A DNA stretch of 64,000 nucleotides, taken from the human T2T-CHM13v2.0 reference genome, Homo sapiens. Under the pieces are notes generated by a model. The model was given only the letters and a program-made list of their open reading frames with translations. It did no database searches and had not been told where the DNA came from. Location of the stretch: the NCBI RefSeq assembly GCF_009914755.1, contig NC_060931.1; one strand, 5' to 3'. The position numbers and the translations under genes are program-made. Below are positions 40,128 to 55,672 of this stretch, one piece after another. The first letter of the stretch is position 1, and each line of letters starts with the position of its first letter.

Positions 40128-42044
40128 TTATGCTAGAGATCTGAACTGTAGACTTAAAAGAGAATACACAAGAAATACTTTTTCTTCTAATTCCTTATGC
40201 ATAAAACTTCTTCAGGGAAATTGGTAATATAATTCAGAATTGTATGAAGAACATTGAATAATAGAGCATTAGCATCTAGTGTTCTCTTTCCTCATTTAGC
40301 TTTTTTAAAGTGTCATTTAGCTTTCAATTGTTGCAAGTACTATTAAACAATGTAAAATCCTAAATAAAAGTAAATGTGTAAATAGTGAAACAACTTGTTA
40401 ATGTTGCCTTTCCCTTAGAAGTTTACAATTGTGTTTTCCTTCAGTGTGCTTCTCCCTCAGCTAGGTCATCACTAACAGAAAAGCAATCTTAATACAGGCA
40501 ATTCATAAACATCTGTAATATGTCCCCACCATTAGAAAATCAACATTTTTACAAGATGTTTCCGTAAGAGAATAAAACTAGAGACTCAAGACCCTATATA
40601 AACAAAGATATTTGGCTTCCAAATAGATGTCAAAATTGAGTCAATTATACTCTAGATGGAGAAACATCTCTAATAAAATTTTTAAATAAATAAAAATAAC
40701 AAGAACTCAAATTTCTTAACCCAATTTACAGAATCATTCAAGGCTGAAAATGTGCATTGTTCTAAATTCTTCTTTTTATAAACATGTGCTTAGTTGTATA
40801 GAAAAAAAGATTATCCATTTGCAAATGCCATGCCAAAAACAATTTGATAATTACGCTAAAAAAAAAAGGAAAAAGAAGTAGTAAGATATATATACTATTC
40901 ATCCCCTTTAACCATTAAACTAAAATGGCCAAACTGAATCTCTCAAACAAAATAGCTTCTGGGCTAGAATCTTAATGCCAACTTTAGCCCAGAGCAAATT
41001 CTTACAGTGACGATGTTTGCTCTGCAAAATGCCATTTTAATGGAAACACTGTCCGACCTTTGTCTCCAGTAAAGCTACTAGATCTCCCATAAAGACATAA
41101 TTTAAACTTCCAAATATAGGGACCTTTTTTACCTATTAATTGTCCTTTCAGAGATCAGATCTTATCCCAGTGTCTCCAGTGAATTCCCCTGTGAACTCGA
41201 AAGCACTTTCACATTGCCCTAAGGTTCAAGTGGAAAGAATAAATGGCAGGAGTTAGATATTACTGTTTGGTTCTTATGCATCTATTACTTTAATACTAGT
41301 TACAACTTGAAGTTCAACTAACTGACAAAGCCTGAAGACTCCATTTGATTAGCTGTAATAGGACTGTAACACTGCTTTGGAACAGCAGACTTAAATAGAC
41401 AAAAATCTTTGCAAATACATCTTTCGTGTATTCCATTAATTCTAAAATAAATATGTTACCTGAGGCAAAATAAGTATAATCAGATATTTTAGTATTTTAC
41501 ATTTCAGTGGAAGTATTTTTGTTCCATTATGATGACATTTTAACACTCAATGTTTAAGAAGGAAGTTTAATATGTATGTGTACATGAATTAAACTTTTAC
41601 TGAACATACCCTTCTTTTGATGTTGTTCTAACAGACTTAAAATCAGGCTATGGTTAAAGGAGATGCTCACCACATTAATACATTTAATTAATTTGTTTGG
41701 GCATTCTCCACCAACTACACAAGGCATATTTCTGAGATGTTTATTACTGCTCTCTTTACCCATATCAGGGGTGAAAAAGTAGAAAATGTGGGTCACCTCG
41801 ATAGTCACTGAGTAGTTAACCACTTGCCAGATTAGATCTCTAATCCTATGTCCAGAAAATATACTATGGAAGCGAGTCTGACCATTACTTTAGGACTAGA
41901 CACTTCCATAGGCTCTACAACAAAATACAAGTTAAATTAACAAAAGGCCCCAATAAGTGCCCTTACAACAATTTAAACCAGTTTAAAGGAAGCATAGATT
42001 AATAATTTTTTACAAAGGTGAAGGGACTTGCATCTCTTTCATTG

Positions 42045-42420
42045 TTTCATTTATCCAACCAATTAACATTTACTGAGTACCTATTGAGTTAATACATCAG
42101 CAGACTGAGTACTTTGAAATTTCAAAGTAAGTAGTAGACTTGGGCCTTGTCCTCACGGGAAAATCTCTAGTAAGAAGACGTGACATCCATGAAACCATGG
42201 TAAGACACGTGAACTCTGCAATGTGGTCCATAGAATATATATGTTTGAAAAATGGAAACCAAAAGAAAAATCTACAGGTACAATTCTTAGATGAGCCCTT
42301 TATTTTAAAAACGAGAACAAATATTTCAAGGGCACACATATGAGAAAGAAGGATCATAAAGGCACAGGACAACAAAATGGGCAAGAAAAGACCCTTTCTT
42401 TTCAGAAAGAAAAGAAAAGC
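42045..42420 (-). mobile_element. L2 relic
   Basis: ttcatttatccaac...catttactgagtacctat...ggccttgtcctcacggg. Confidence 0.6.
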
Positions 42421-42883
42421 ATTTCAGAAAGAAAAACTGAAAATGCAAAATTTGAGGCTTTGACTTCTGAATATTAGACGTATATGCTCCACAATTTAAT
42501 ATATGACTAACCTGTTAAATGGCTTTAGCGTGGGTCTGATTTTGTTTCTTCTTTCTTTTTTTGTTTAATTTTATCACTTTTTCACTGTGCTCTTACCAAA
42601 TGCATATTCTCTGTGTCACTTCATATTCCATATTTTACATCTGCTATGCCAAAAATAATCTCTAACTTTTTTATAGACAAATCCCTGTCTTCTCTGCAAA
42701 TATTATGACATCATTGATTTCCAAAGTTCCGATAGGGAAAGCAAGATCAAAGTGTATGTTAGGAAAATATATTCATAGGTGGATATACCTTGGGGGAAAT
42801 GCAAGCTCTAAAAGTTAGTATAGACATAACCTGACCCACCAAAAAATCAGTAACAGAAATGTGGTAATGTTCACTTGTCTTAC

Positions 42884-42973
42884 CTTCCTGAGATATAAAC
42901 TTTTTAAGGCGGTTTGCAAAACTTTTGTGCATAAGGTTTTGGTGATTTTCCTTCATTTTCCATTTTCCCCAGG
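42884..42973 (-). other. Candidate exon C (90 nt, phase 1 to 1)
   Basis: gactcac branch-like site, ttctttcaaatttgtgcag|cctggg ... caggaag|gtaaga; single open frame AWGKWKMKENHQNLMHKSFANRLKKFISQE. Confidence 0.4.
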
Positions 42974-43394
42974 CTGCACAAATTTGAAAGAACTTATAAA
43001 AGTGAGTCGAATTTACAAAAACAAAACCACAAGAAGAAATTGAAAGTAGGCAGGACAAGTATAGAAACCACTGAAACAGATTGGACACCAACAGAATAAC
43101 ATATGAGGTAGTTTTAAATACATTAAGGAGGGAGAAAAGGACATAAATAATCTTGATTCCTGAGTGTGAGATCATAAACACTACAGAGAATTTGCCTCCA
43201 GCACCTGGTAACCTGAACAATGTTATAAAAGTCAGAATTGGTTTGAAGTCAGATGCATAAGACCAACAGCTGTTAATGTGATTACTTTTTTCTCATTATG
43301 TTTAGGTCTAGACTAGACTTCAGGTTTTAGTTTTTCGTAAGTACTACCATGTAATGACAAATGTATTTAAAATTTTAAAATAAGAATACATTTT

Positions 43395-43804
<410 letters not shown>

Positions 43805-44569
43805 TCAGTGGTCAATTTATTGTTCAATGTTATAATAGCACCAGTATTATGGAATGAGCTCAGCACAGGTAACCTTTATGCTGTAAATTGAAGTTAAATT
43901 GCTAAGTCTCATTCGATGTTAATTAAACTTACAATCACTGATTTTATATAACACATTGTGCTTTAAATATATATGCCTGGGATATTCAGCAGATGAACTG
44001 CTACTTATAGATACTAATAATGAGGATGTTGTTGGTTATTTTTTCAACTTTAATTAACAAGCGTAATACCCACTTGCAAAAGCATCATTAAAATGGTATC
44101 CAAGATTTACAAAATTTATAATACAGGGCTGCTTACTTAATATCCCTTTCATGGTTTGACCTTTTCAGAATGTAGTCTAATATTTGGCCATAAAACCACT
44201 GAATTTTCAAAACTTTTTTGCCTTAACTCACCTTAAATCCTATTTTTTTCATAAAGTTTTTCTGTTTTATTGAAAACATAAAGCACTTCTAGTTATGCAA
44301 CTATACTAATTGCAAAAACAAAACAAAAGTGTGTGTGTTTAGGGGTACAGGCATGCATGAGTGAAAAGGTGACATTGTAGCAAATGTGCTAGCATGCATG
44401 TGTGGACACATACACACATACACATATACATACACACATACACATATACATACACACATATCCAAACCCCAAAGCTTCATATGCAATATCCAATATATGT
44501 GACTAATACAAATGCTGTAGACTATGGTCCTATCACTAAGACTTTACTGTGATGTACCCTGAAACTATC

Positions 44570-45100
44570 GTCAGTTCCCCTTTCCTCCTTTTACTACCAA
44601 AGTAGCCTTTTATATTTTGAACTCACTCATTAATATGTTGTAATCTGGCTTCTGTTCCCAAATCTTTTTGAAACTATGACACTTTCAAAGGTCAGCTATG
44701 ATCACCTCAGTTCAATGACCTTTAGGGATTCTACGTTTCCTTTTATTTTTTTTTCTACTGCATCTGGAGGAGCTCTCTTTCTTGAATATCTCTTGCTTTG
44801 CCCTCTATCATATCACACTACTTTTTTTCTCATCCACTACTCTCAACCCTTCCTCTCTTCCCTCCTAATCATGAGTGTATTCCAAGATTCTATCCTTTGC
44901 TTATTATCCTTCTTTGTCTTGGCTTCATCTGTTGCCTTTGCAACTAACTGCCACATCTGTGCATTAGATGTGTTTCCTCTTCTAAAGTCTAATCCAAATC
45001 CAGTACTAACTACTTACTACCACTTTTCCATTGTAATCTTGAACTTAATACGTCTTAAATATAACTTTGTATTTCCCTTTATTGACTAAATCCTTCTTCT
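44570..45100 (+). mobile_element. L2 relic
   Basis: aatctggcttctgttccc...tcaaaggtcagctatgatcacc...ctctctttcttgaa. Confidence 0.6.
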
Positions 45101-45452
45101 TCAACAACTCTTACAGGACTTTTTCCCAGATACTTTGACTAAGATTTCTACTGTCTTATGGGCTCAGCCAACATCAACACTCCCCGCTCCACACACACAC
45201 ATAAACACACACACCCCTATAACTACTTGTCTTGCCTTCCTGAGATATAAAATTTTAAGGGTGGTTTCTTTATAAAATCTCTGACTGTTGCTTCACTTTT
45301 GTATTGCTATTACCTTCATACTTGTCAAATAGTCTCATATTTTAAATGAGCATAATCTGTCCTTAATGTCGTTTTCATTTGGTGACGAAATTAAACTGTA
45401 TTTCTCTCTCCAAAAATAAAACAAAAGAAAAAAGGAAGGTTGGAGCAGGTGG

Positions 45453-45693
45453 ATCCTTGACAATATGTGGTATTTTCATTGTTTTGGATTTTAGCCATTC
45501 TAATATGTGTATAGTAGAATCTCACTGTCATATTAATTTGCAACTTCTCCATGACATATGATACTGAGAGTCCTCTTACTATGCGTTTTTTTTTTCCACT
45601 TGTATATCTTCTTTTGTAAAGTATCTGTCCCGATATTTTGTGCATTTTAAACTGGGTTGTTTTCTTATTCTTGAGTTTTGACAGTTCTTTTTT
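45453..45693 (-). mobile_element. L1M fragment
   Basis: ttttagccattctaatatgtgtatagtagaatctcactgt...cacttgtatatcttcttttgtaaagtatctgt. Confidence 0.75.
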
Positions 45694-45805
45694 CATGAGC
45701 TTGTAAAGTCATGTTTGATGATTTAAGCAAATATTACAATGCCTTCTGATGTGTGCTCAAAGTATTTAGACAAACTAATATTATAAATAGAAAGTGGGCA
45801 AGATA

Positions 45806-46780
<975 letters not shown>

Positions 46781-47120
46781 TGCTGTAATACCCAGAGCAA
46801 CCACTAAAAAACAAAACAAAACAAAACTATCCAATGATATGGACTCAGAAATAGTGTAAATAAATCAAAATGAAACTCTGAAAAATGTTTAAATTATCTA
46901 CAGTAAGGACAGAAAAGGGAAATCAAAGAATGAGAAACAGAGTGAGTGAACAAACAATAAATACATAAACTGACAGACTTAACTCTTCACATATCAATAG
47001 TTATACTAACTGTAACTGATCTAAACATATCAATCAAAAGATAGAGATTAGCAAGGTGGATAAAAACATGACCAAAATTATAAGAAACTTGCTAAAAACA
47101 TGATAATATAAGCAAATTGA

Positions 47121-47397
<277 letters not shown>

Positions 47398-47865
47398 GCA
47401 ACCAAGAATAACTGTATTAGTATCACATAAAATAGACTTCTGAGCAAAAAGACTTAAGCAGAAACAAAGAAGGCTATTACATAATAGTGAAAGGGTGAAT
47501 CCACCAAGAACACCTAGTCATCCTACTGTACATGCACCAAACAACAGTTCATCAACATATATAGAAGGAAAACTGAGAGAACTGAAAGAAAAATAGACAA
47601 ATCCACAATTTTAGTTAGCGATTTTAATACCCTATAACTGTTAAAGTAACTGATCTTAAATTTGAAAACAATAAATTAATCTTTAGGCCCAGATGACCAA
47701 ACATTAACTAAGAATTGGCACCAATTACACAGAATCTCTTTCAGAAAATATCATTTAAATGAATACTTCCCAACTTATGTTATGAGATCAGCATCACCTT
47801 GATACCAAAACCAGACAAAAACAAAAGCAAGAAGGAAAAGAAGAAAGAAAGAGAGAGGAAGAAAA

Positions 47866-47913
47866 GGAAGGAAGGAAGGAAGGAAGGAAGGAAGGAAGGA
47901 AGGAAGGAAGGAA
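47866..47913 (+). repeat. (GGAA)12 microsatellite in a purine-rich tract
   Basis: 12 consecutive GGAA units. Confidence 0.95.
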
Positions 47914-48353
47914 AAGAAAATTACAGATCAATATCTTTCATAGATTTAGAAGCAAAAGTCTTCAGCAAAATACTGGCAAATTGAATCTAGCAATGTATAA
48001 AAAGAGTTCTTACATGATACCAAAAGCACAATCCATAAAATAAATATTCATTAAATTGGACTTTATCAAAATTAAAATGTTTTTCTCTGTGAAAGATCTT
48101 GTTAAAAGGATGAAAAGATAGATAGGGAATAAATATTGGCAAACCACATGTCCTACAAAGAATCGGTATCAAAAATATGTAGAGAGAAAAACTGATCAAG
48201 TAAGGAATTCGTTTCACTGATCTTTACATTTTCTACACAGTTCTCTTCTCTTGCAGATTTACAGGATTTAGCACAAGATTCTAGTAATGACTGCACCATG
48301 TTAAATAATTAGGAAAGTAAGGTTCTGCTAACTGGTAATCCTGAATAGCAATA

Positions 48354-48802
48354 TGTGGTAGATTTTTACAGTTAGGGTACCCAATGAATCACACCTCCCT
48401 CTATCCACTCCATTATGCAGTCTTCTCCCACGGCGACTCTAGAGTTAGCCATGATGATTTGGCTGAAGGGACAACATACAAGTAGAAGTTTAAAATAACT
48501 TCCACATTACGACCAGTCCCCTTTCTTCTTGCTTTTAGATCCACATATGAAGAAGCCAAACCATACTGCTAGAGACACACGGCTCAGCCAACAGTCATCA
48601 GTCAGTCTCAAACAAGACTTTTGAGTGAAGCTGTCTTAAAATATCAATCTCCAGGACACTCACCCAACAAGATGCAGAATGGAAGCAAGCGAATGAACCT
48701 AGCCCATATTGCTAACCCAGAGAATCATGAAGAAGTAACATAGTTGTTTTAGGTCACTGATTTTCATAGTAGTTGGTATTGCAACAATGCGTAACTAATA
48801 CA
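48354..48802 (+). mobile_element. MLT1H-type MaLR solo LTR
   Basis: tgtggtag...; acccagagaatcatga...gttgttttaggtcact...gtaactaataca. Confidence 0.75.
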
Positions 48803-49459
48803 GCATATTATTACTAAATGTTTAAATTGTACTTAAATATAAGCCAAAATAAATGGGTTAATCCAATTGTGTAGTTGAGTGCTTTCATTTCAACCTTTAT
48901 TTTAAAAGCCTTTCATAATGATTCTAACTTTTTTAAAATCTGAAGTGTTTATGATGTTCTGAGTGTTTTGGAAGAGATTAACAGCATCAATGTAGATGGT
49001 ATGGGAAATTGAATTTATACAGAACCTAATTTGTATATTGTATTTTTAATTTACCAATACTGACTATAGCTCCAATTTCTGCCTGCCTTTGTAATATCAA
49101 ATGGCTAAAAGTTAATAAATTCAGAGTTTACCCAGAGGCAATTAATATATTTTACTAAATATACCTTTATACAAAGAACCAAGCCTTAAACCACTATAGA
49201 CTGTGGTCTCTTTTTCTTATCATCTATTTGAAAATAGTCTAAAAGAGAAGATCCAATTGCCAAACATGGAGATCAGCACTCTTAAAAGTTTAAAATGTTC
49301 ATCTGTCACTGTAATTTTGCCAAATCATGTTATTAAGAGTAATTTGTGAAATTTACTACTCAAGCTATTATTTTAGGTCAAACAATCTAGTAAGCACATT
49401 AATATGAAAAACATCCCATTTTTCAGCATCTTAACTGCAACAAACTTTAAAGTATGCCA

Positions 49460-49683
49460 GTCTTCATGCTTTAGGGCATAATTTGGTTACCAGCTGGGGT
49501 CAGGAAGAAATTTTCCCCATAGTGTAGTATTGCCAATTACCATAGGTGTAGAGCGAACAAGAGAAAGAGACAGGGGGTTACTTGGTTCTCTAAAGCATCT
49601 GGTATTGGATGCATTCTGAGTGAGAATTCAGGATAAGATGAAACATTCAATTGTCCCTCTATGTCAATTCCAATATTCCTATG
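49460..49683 (+). mobile_element. Ancient CR1 (Plat_L3/L3b-like) 3' end
   Basis: catgctttagggcata...ccagctggggtcaggaagaaattttcccc...aagcatctggtattgg...caattccaatattcctat. Confidence 0.7.
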
Positions 49684-51279
49684 AGCTGCCAATATGACAC
49701 GGCTGCCACAAGGGAGGGATTTTCTACAGAACAGATGTCACTTACAGTATTATGTGGGCTATCTATCTCAACAAATAATTGCTTGGCACTTCTGCCCTAT
49801 GGCAAGGGTCTGAAAATATGTTAGGGTGAGAACACACCATACAAGCAGATGGGCATAGATAAAAGAAAGAGCAAGAGCACACTGAGCCTGAAATGCATGT
49901 GTAAAAGCCAGATGGGAGGACGGAAGCAAATGTTTTTTTTTCCTTATCTTTAGTGACTAAAGCCCCAAACCAGGATTTTCCAGCTATTAGTTATTTAGAA
50001 GTTCTATTTTAAAATTTCTTTAAATAAGAATGAGTTGCAGGAGGCTCCAATTTATTGAAACAAAGAAACATTGCCTTTTTGGTATAAACTTCAATTCACA
50101 TTTGAAAATGATTGCATTTTGCTTAAGCCCTGACACTGATATGAGACTCCCAACACCAATGTCCCCCACTTTCATGCCCCCCCCCAAAAAAAAGAAAAAG
50201 GAAAAAACTAGGCTGGGATAAGAGGATGGACACAAAGACTGACAATGAATGACAAAGGACAATTGAGATGGGACTTGCCTGAGAGAGACAGCAAGAGAGG
50301 AAAAAAAGTCCTTTTAAAATATCAATAAGAGAATCAAAGAAAGCAAGATCCTTTTTCTGATAAAAGGGGAAAAGTTAATAACAGTGAAGAAAGAGAAGGG
50401 AATTGCAATATGCTCCTACTGTAATGGAAGAAAAGAAGATGAAGGTAGAATCAGAAAGTAACAACTTTAAATAAGTTTAACATATATGTTACTTTTACAC
50501 TTTACACAATCTGTGGATTAAAGTTTTAAAAATATTCAAACTACTTGCCCCAATAGTAAACCTGACTGGCTCTTTAAATAATTAGTTGGAGAAAGAATAG
50601 GGGTGTTTTTGCTCACAAGAACCAGCAAAGAAATTTTCACTTTTAAGATACGTTGATTGCAGAAAAGACCTTGGGGGGAGTTGGGGCAGGGGGGCAACAA
50701 TGAATGTATTGTAAATTATTAAAAGGCATTAAGTTATATCTCAAAATTAGAAAATGCTTGACGGCATTATTGATACATTTTTATGTCTGAAATGGGATGC
50801 AAGTAATAACTGAAAGTTTTCTAGACAAAAATAAGTTTGCCATTCAGTAATGTCTGAAAACTGTGATTCAACTGAACATTTGTTCATATGTTGGAGCTGA
50901 TTCAAAGATGACTCTTACAGAAAACTCTAACCATTGCTTACTAGTATCCTTTTCTATAGTCTTTTAATCTTCAGGAACACTGGAGAAATTCTTTAATTTT
51001 TATCATAAGATATTCGTCCTATCACATGTTCCTCTGTTTTCAAAGTTTAATAATCAACCCTTAATTATTAATATAGAAAAACAGGATACAAGTTTCTCAT
51101 GGAAAATATAACCTCAAATTTTTCTATCTGGCTTCTAACTATAGTCTAGCTTAGAAAAGTATAATGCGGGAGAAATTGCCTAAGGATCAACCATGTGATT
51201 TATTTACTCTTCCCAGCACTCAAAGCAAAATAGGTCAGTGGGAGGGTTAAGGATACACCACCCCATTTCAGCTGACATA

Positions 51280-51970
51280 GGAATTGGACTTTTTCTGAAA
51301 GAGAATGAGAAGCCACTGAAGAGCTTTCATTGGTGTGTTTGTTTGGAAAAAGGGTATCAATCATAGTCACATTTAGATGATGACTGATCTCTGAGGATAT
51401 GTGGTAGAGAAAGATTGGATAGGAACGAGATTGGACCCAAGGACACCAATGTGGAATATTGTAAGAATACAGAAATAATGATGACAAATAATGATGACCT
51501 TGATTAGGGTGGTAGCAGCAACAATAAAGGAAGGAGGATAGATTTGAGAACTATTTACAAGGCAGATTCAACAGGATTTGGCAATAACAAAGATGAAGGA
51601 GACAGAATGAAAGGATGACCCCAATTTTAAGGCTTGACTAAGTGCATGGATAAGTATTCCAGTTATGAAGTACACAACACCTAAGAATAAGCAAGTTTTT
51701 CATTTCATTTACACTTGTGGCAGCATTCAGAGAAACTAGCTTATTCATTTAGTTTGGGTCTAAATATTGAATTTGAAGTGGCATCTATGTAGAAGAGGAT
51801 GGATACTTGAATGTGTAGCTCAGAGGAGGGCTATAAATGAGACAAATATTTGTAGGTTGTTAGCATTTACATTTATCGAAGCAGTGTTAGTGGATAATTT
51901 TGCCTGTGATAGTATGAAAAGTCAAAAGCAAAGAAATCCAGAAACAGTTTTAAGGAAAACCAAATATTTG
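51280..51970 (-). mobile_element. L2 relic
   Basis: gatagatttgagaactatttacaaggcagattcaacaggatttggc...atgtgtagctcagaggag. Confidence 0.7.
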
Positions 51971-54900
51971 GTAAGCACCTACTGTGCTCTAGTTTCTGGA
52001 GCTGCATCTATCAATAAGATAGGCAGGGTGAGATAATAGTGTGCTATTTTCAGAGACTTTTAAAGGTTGTGTAGAAAATAAGACAGGCATGGTAATAACG
52101 ATTACCTGAAACTGGCAGAACATTTTCAGGGAGAGGCCAGAAGTGAGACAAGCAAAGGAAAGCCTGAGGGAACACTTGGAGCCCCAGGGAAGCAGAGCAG
52201 GAAATGGGAATAGGTCTCCACAAAGACAAAAGCAGGGAAGCTGTGATCACTCAGAGCCAACCAAGACACCAGAAAGTGGAAAGTTCGTTTTCTCTCTGGT
52301 AAGTGTAGTAGAAGATGAAAAGTGATTCTGCCAAAGCTGCTGCTTACACAGGATTCAGAGCAGTCAGAATGGACAGGTCTCAAAAAAGTTGTGAAAGACA
52401 ATGACTTGAACCTAAACTCTAGAAACCTGAAAGGACAGCAGGAAAGATGGGTAGCTGTTCAATCTAGTGAGCAAAAATAATAATTAACAAATAACCAAGA
52501 CATGACATTTCCTTATATCTTTCACTGAATCTCTTAGTTTCTATAGTTAAATATTAATATTAAAATGTAATGTGGAATAGAAATTATACTATTTCTGTTT
52601 TTGTCAATTATCTATATCTGAAATTTCAGCCACAGGGTCAGTTAACACGTAGAGACACGGTTATTCATTCGGTGGCAGCTACTAGAAATAATTAGTATCT
52701 ATGTCTCCGGACACGCATATTTAAAAGATAATTGAAAATGAGGAGAGCAGTTTGCCACTGAAAATTAGCAAAACAAAGTTGTTTGTTGAGTATATATTAT
52801 TTTAAAAATCTAAAGAAGTATTTTTTAATCAATGCCATGATGCATTTTCAAATAACTACAGGAAATTTAAAGAGGTCGCTACTAGTTATAATAAACTCCT
52901 AAAAGCCTTCAGAAGAGGAGACATACAAGAAAAATTTGAAAATGGACAACAGTCTTTACATTTACAGAGGAAGATTATGAAGTTAAAGGTGACCAATTTT
53001 CTATGTTTCAAGATAAGTAAAAGGAAATTATACTAAAATTACAGGTCAATAATAGTGAAGAAAAGGGAGAACATTAATATTCTAACTTCTCCAGATCCTG
53101 CAATTTATTATCCGAAGGTTGTCTGATTCTCTCTGCTTTATTACCTAAAATCAAGACAGACCCAGAAATGTAGGTATTGATTAATAAGAACCACAGTGCC
53201 AGACTGCCTTCTACTTGAGGACTCTAAGAGAACAGGTGACTCCCACTCTAATTTCCCTCAGCTTCAGTGAGCCATTTTCCTCCATTAGTAAGCTCTTGGG
53301 CTATCAAGCTATTTCACAGGGTATTAGATGCTGAGTCTCAGGTGTATAATATATGTTATTCAGGCAACACAATGGGCATTATATGACTTCTCTAAGTTTC
53401 TTGATTATGGTGTTGATCAAAATGCTTATAAAATTAGCATAAGCATGGCTACCATTTCAGTTCATCCATTACTCATTATCAGAGAGTGCTAGATACATTT
53501 GCTCAAGTCCGAACCATGCATTCCTTACATTTATAACAAAAGGGAACTCTGGGGGAAAATGTTTTCATTCTTATTTGAAAAACATTTTTACAGACAATGC
53601 ACAGTTGTTTTTACTTTTTCAGCTTTGCAGTTTCTCTAATTTCTATCCCTTTTAAACTCCCTCTATAGGCAGAGGGACTTTGAAGTATGTAAAGTATAAT
53701 ATACAGTCCACTTGACATAATTTTTTAAGCCTGTATTTCACAAAAAAAAAAAAAGCTAAAGTTTTAAGAGGTCTTTGAAATAGATGACTTCAAAAGGGTG
53801 TTCAGCGTAAATGTAAATGAGATTTATATCTGGAGGAGATGATCAAATCCTACAGGTTATTTAACAAATTTAAAACACCCAAAGCACAACTAGAAAATGA
53901 GATCTAAACATCGAAGACTTAGCTACTGAGGCTGTGATTGAATATTTTTTCACTGCCTTCTCATGTTCCATAAGTTTTACCTCTGTGTCAGGATTAATAT
54001 CCTCTATATACATCTCTTGGTATTTTTTATATTTTGAATCCGACCTCCATTCCCTGCAGCCCTCCAGTCCTATGGCCCCAGAGAAAAGGAAGGATGAATG
54101 CCAATGCTGGAAAAAGGAAGATGTAAGAAGTTTCTAGAAGACCAAGAAATCATATGTTTTCTCCAAAAAAAATTATAAAAAGAGGAGAAAGAGAGACCAG
54201 GAGGCAGACATGAGAGTCCTGATCCCCTACTCTGGCACAAAACCACTAGTACATATGCAGTAGAGAGTTTGCAAAAGGACAGAAACCCCAATGTATCCAC
54301 TACCACTGCTTTAATAAAAGTAAATGTTAATAACCTACAAATATTTTTCTCCAGTTAATAGCCTTTCTCTGAGCTACAAATCCAAGTATGCAACTGCCTC
54401 TACCTAGGTGCCTCTTCAAATTCAATGCAGTCCAACAGAAAAAAGAAACATACACAGGAGAAGCACCTTAGTGTTGACCTAAATATCCCTGCAGGCCCCC
54501 AGTGGATGAGGGGCAGCAACCAAAATAGTCTAGCCTGGGCTCTGTGGGTGAGACTCCAGATCCGTTGGCATTGACCGCTGATGTTGATGCTGCTAGGAAA
54601 ACATGCTATGAACCTTGTTAGCCACAGACTCAGCAGCGCAAGCCAGCAGGAAGGCCAGTGGCAGTCAGAGAAAGAAGCATCTCGGAGGTAGCCATCCAGG
54701 TCAGAGGACATAAGCACATGAAAGCTTTGCCTCACATCCATGAAAGTCTGAGTGTTTGCCAAAAAGAGACAGATTTAACCTTAAAGTCACCACTTTACAA
54801 AAAAAGGCTTTGAGACATTTAACTGGGAAGTTAAATTTTCATCCTAATATCCTCTCCCCAATTAGCAAGCTCCTTTTCCCCATCTCTTTCCACCTTCCAT

Positions 54901-55337
54901 TCCCGAGTAAGATGTACGTGTTGATAGAGTGGTGGGGAATTCAAGACGTTGTAGAAAAGAAAGAATTTCTTTTCTTTCTTTTGTAGAAAAGGTAGAATTT
55001 CTACCTCTCTATCTTTATCAACAAAATTAAAGTCAGCATTCCAAGAAGATAGAGCTTCCCACATAGAGTATCTCTATTCACATTCAACACAGGGCTGACA
55101 TATGACGTTGCTTAGAAAGAAACAGTTTCCTATTGATTAAAGAATATCTCTTATTTTAAATACTCTAAAAACTGTCTAATTTCACTCTTTAAAATAAATT
55201 AATAAATACTTGTTGAAACACATTACAAGGTCTCATGAAGAAGTTTCACAGCATTTAAAAGACACTTATCACAGTGTAAGTCTCTAAGGCTTAGAATCTT
55301 TCCAGTAATGTGCCTCAACACTTAAAGTGTCAGCTGA

Positions 55338-55672
<335 letters not shown>

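Noticed and set aside
42759-43220. 153-aa minus-strand ORF as a single-exon gene
   Set aside because: Non-ATG start and low-complexity flanks; only the 90-nt splice-bounded part is kept as a candidate.
44676-45089. 137-aa hydrophobic ORF
   Set aside because: Lies within a pyrimidine-rich L2 relic.
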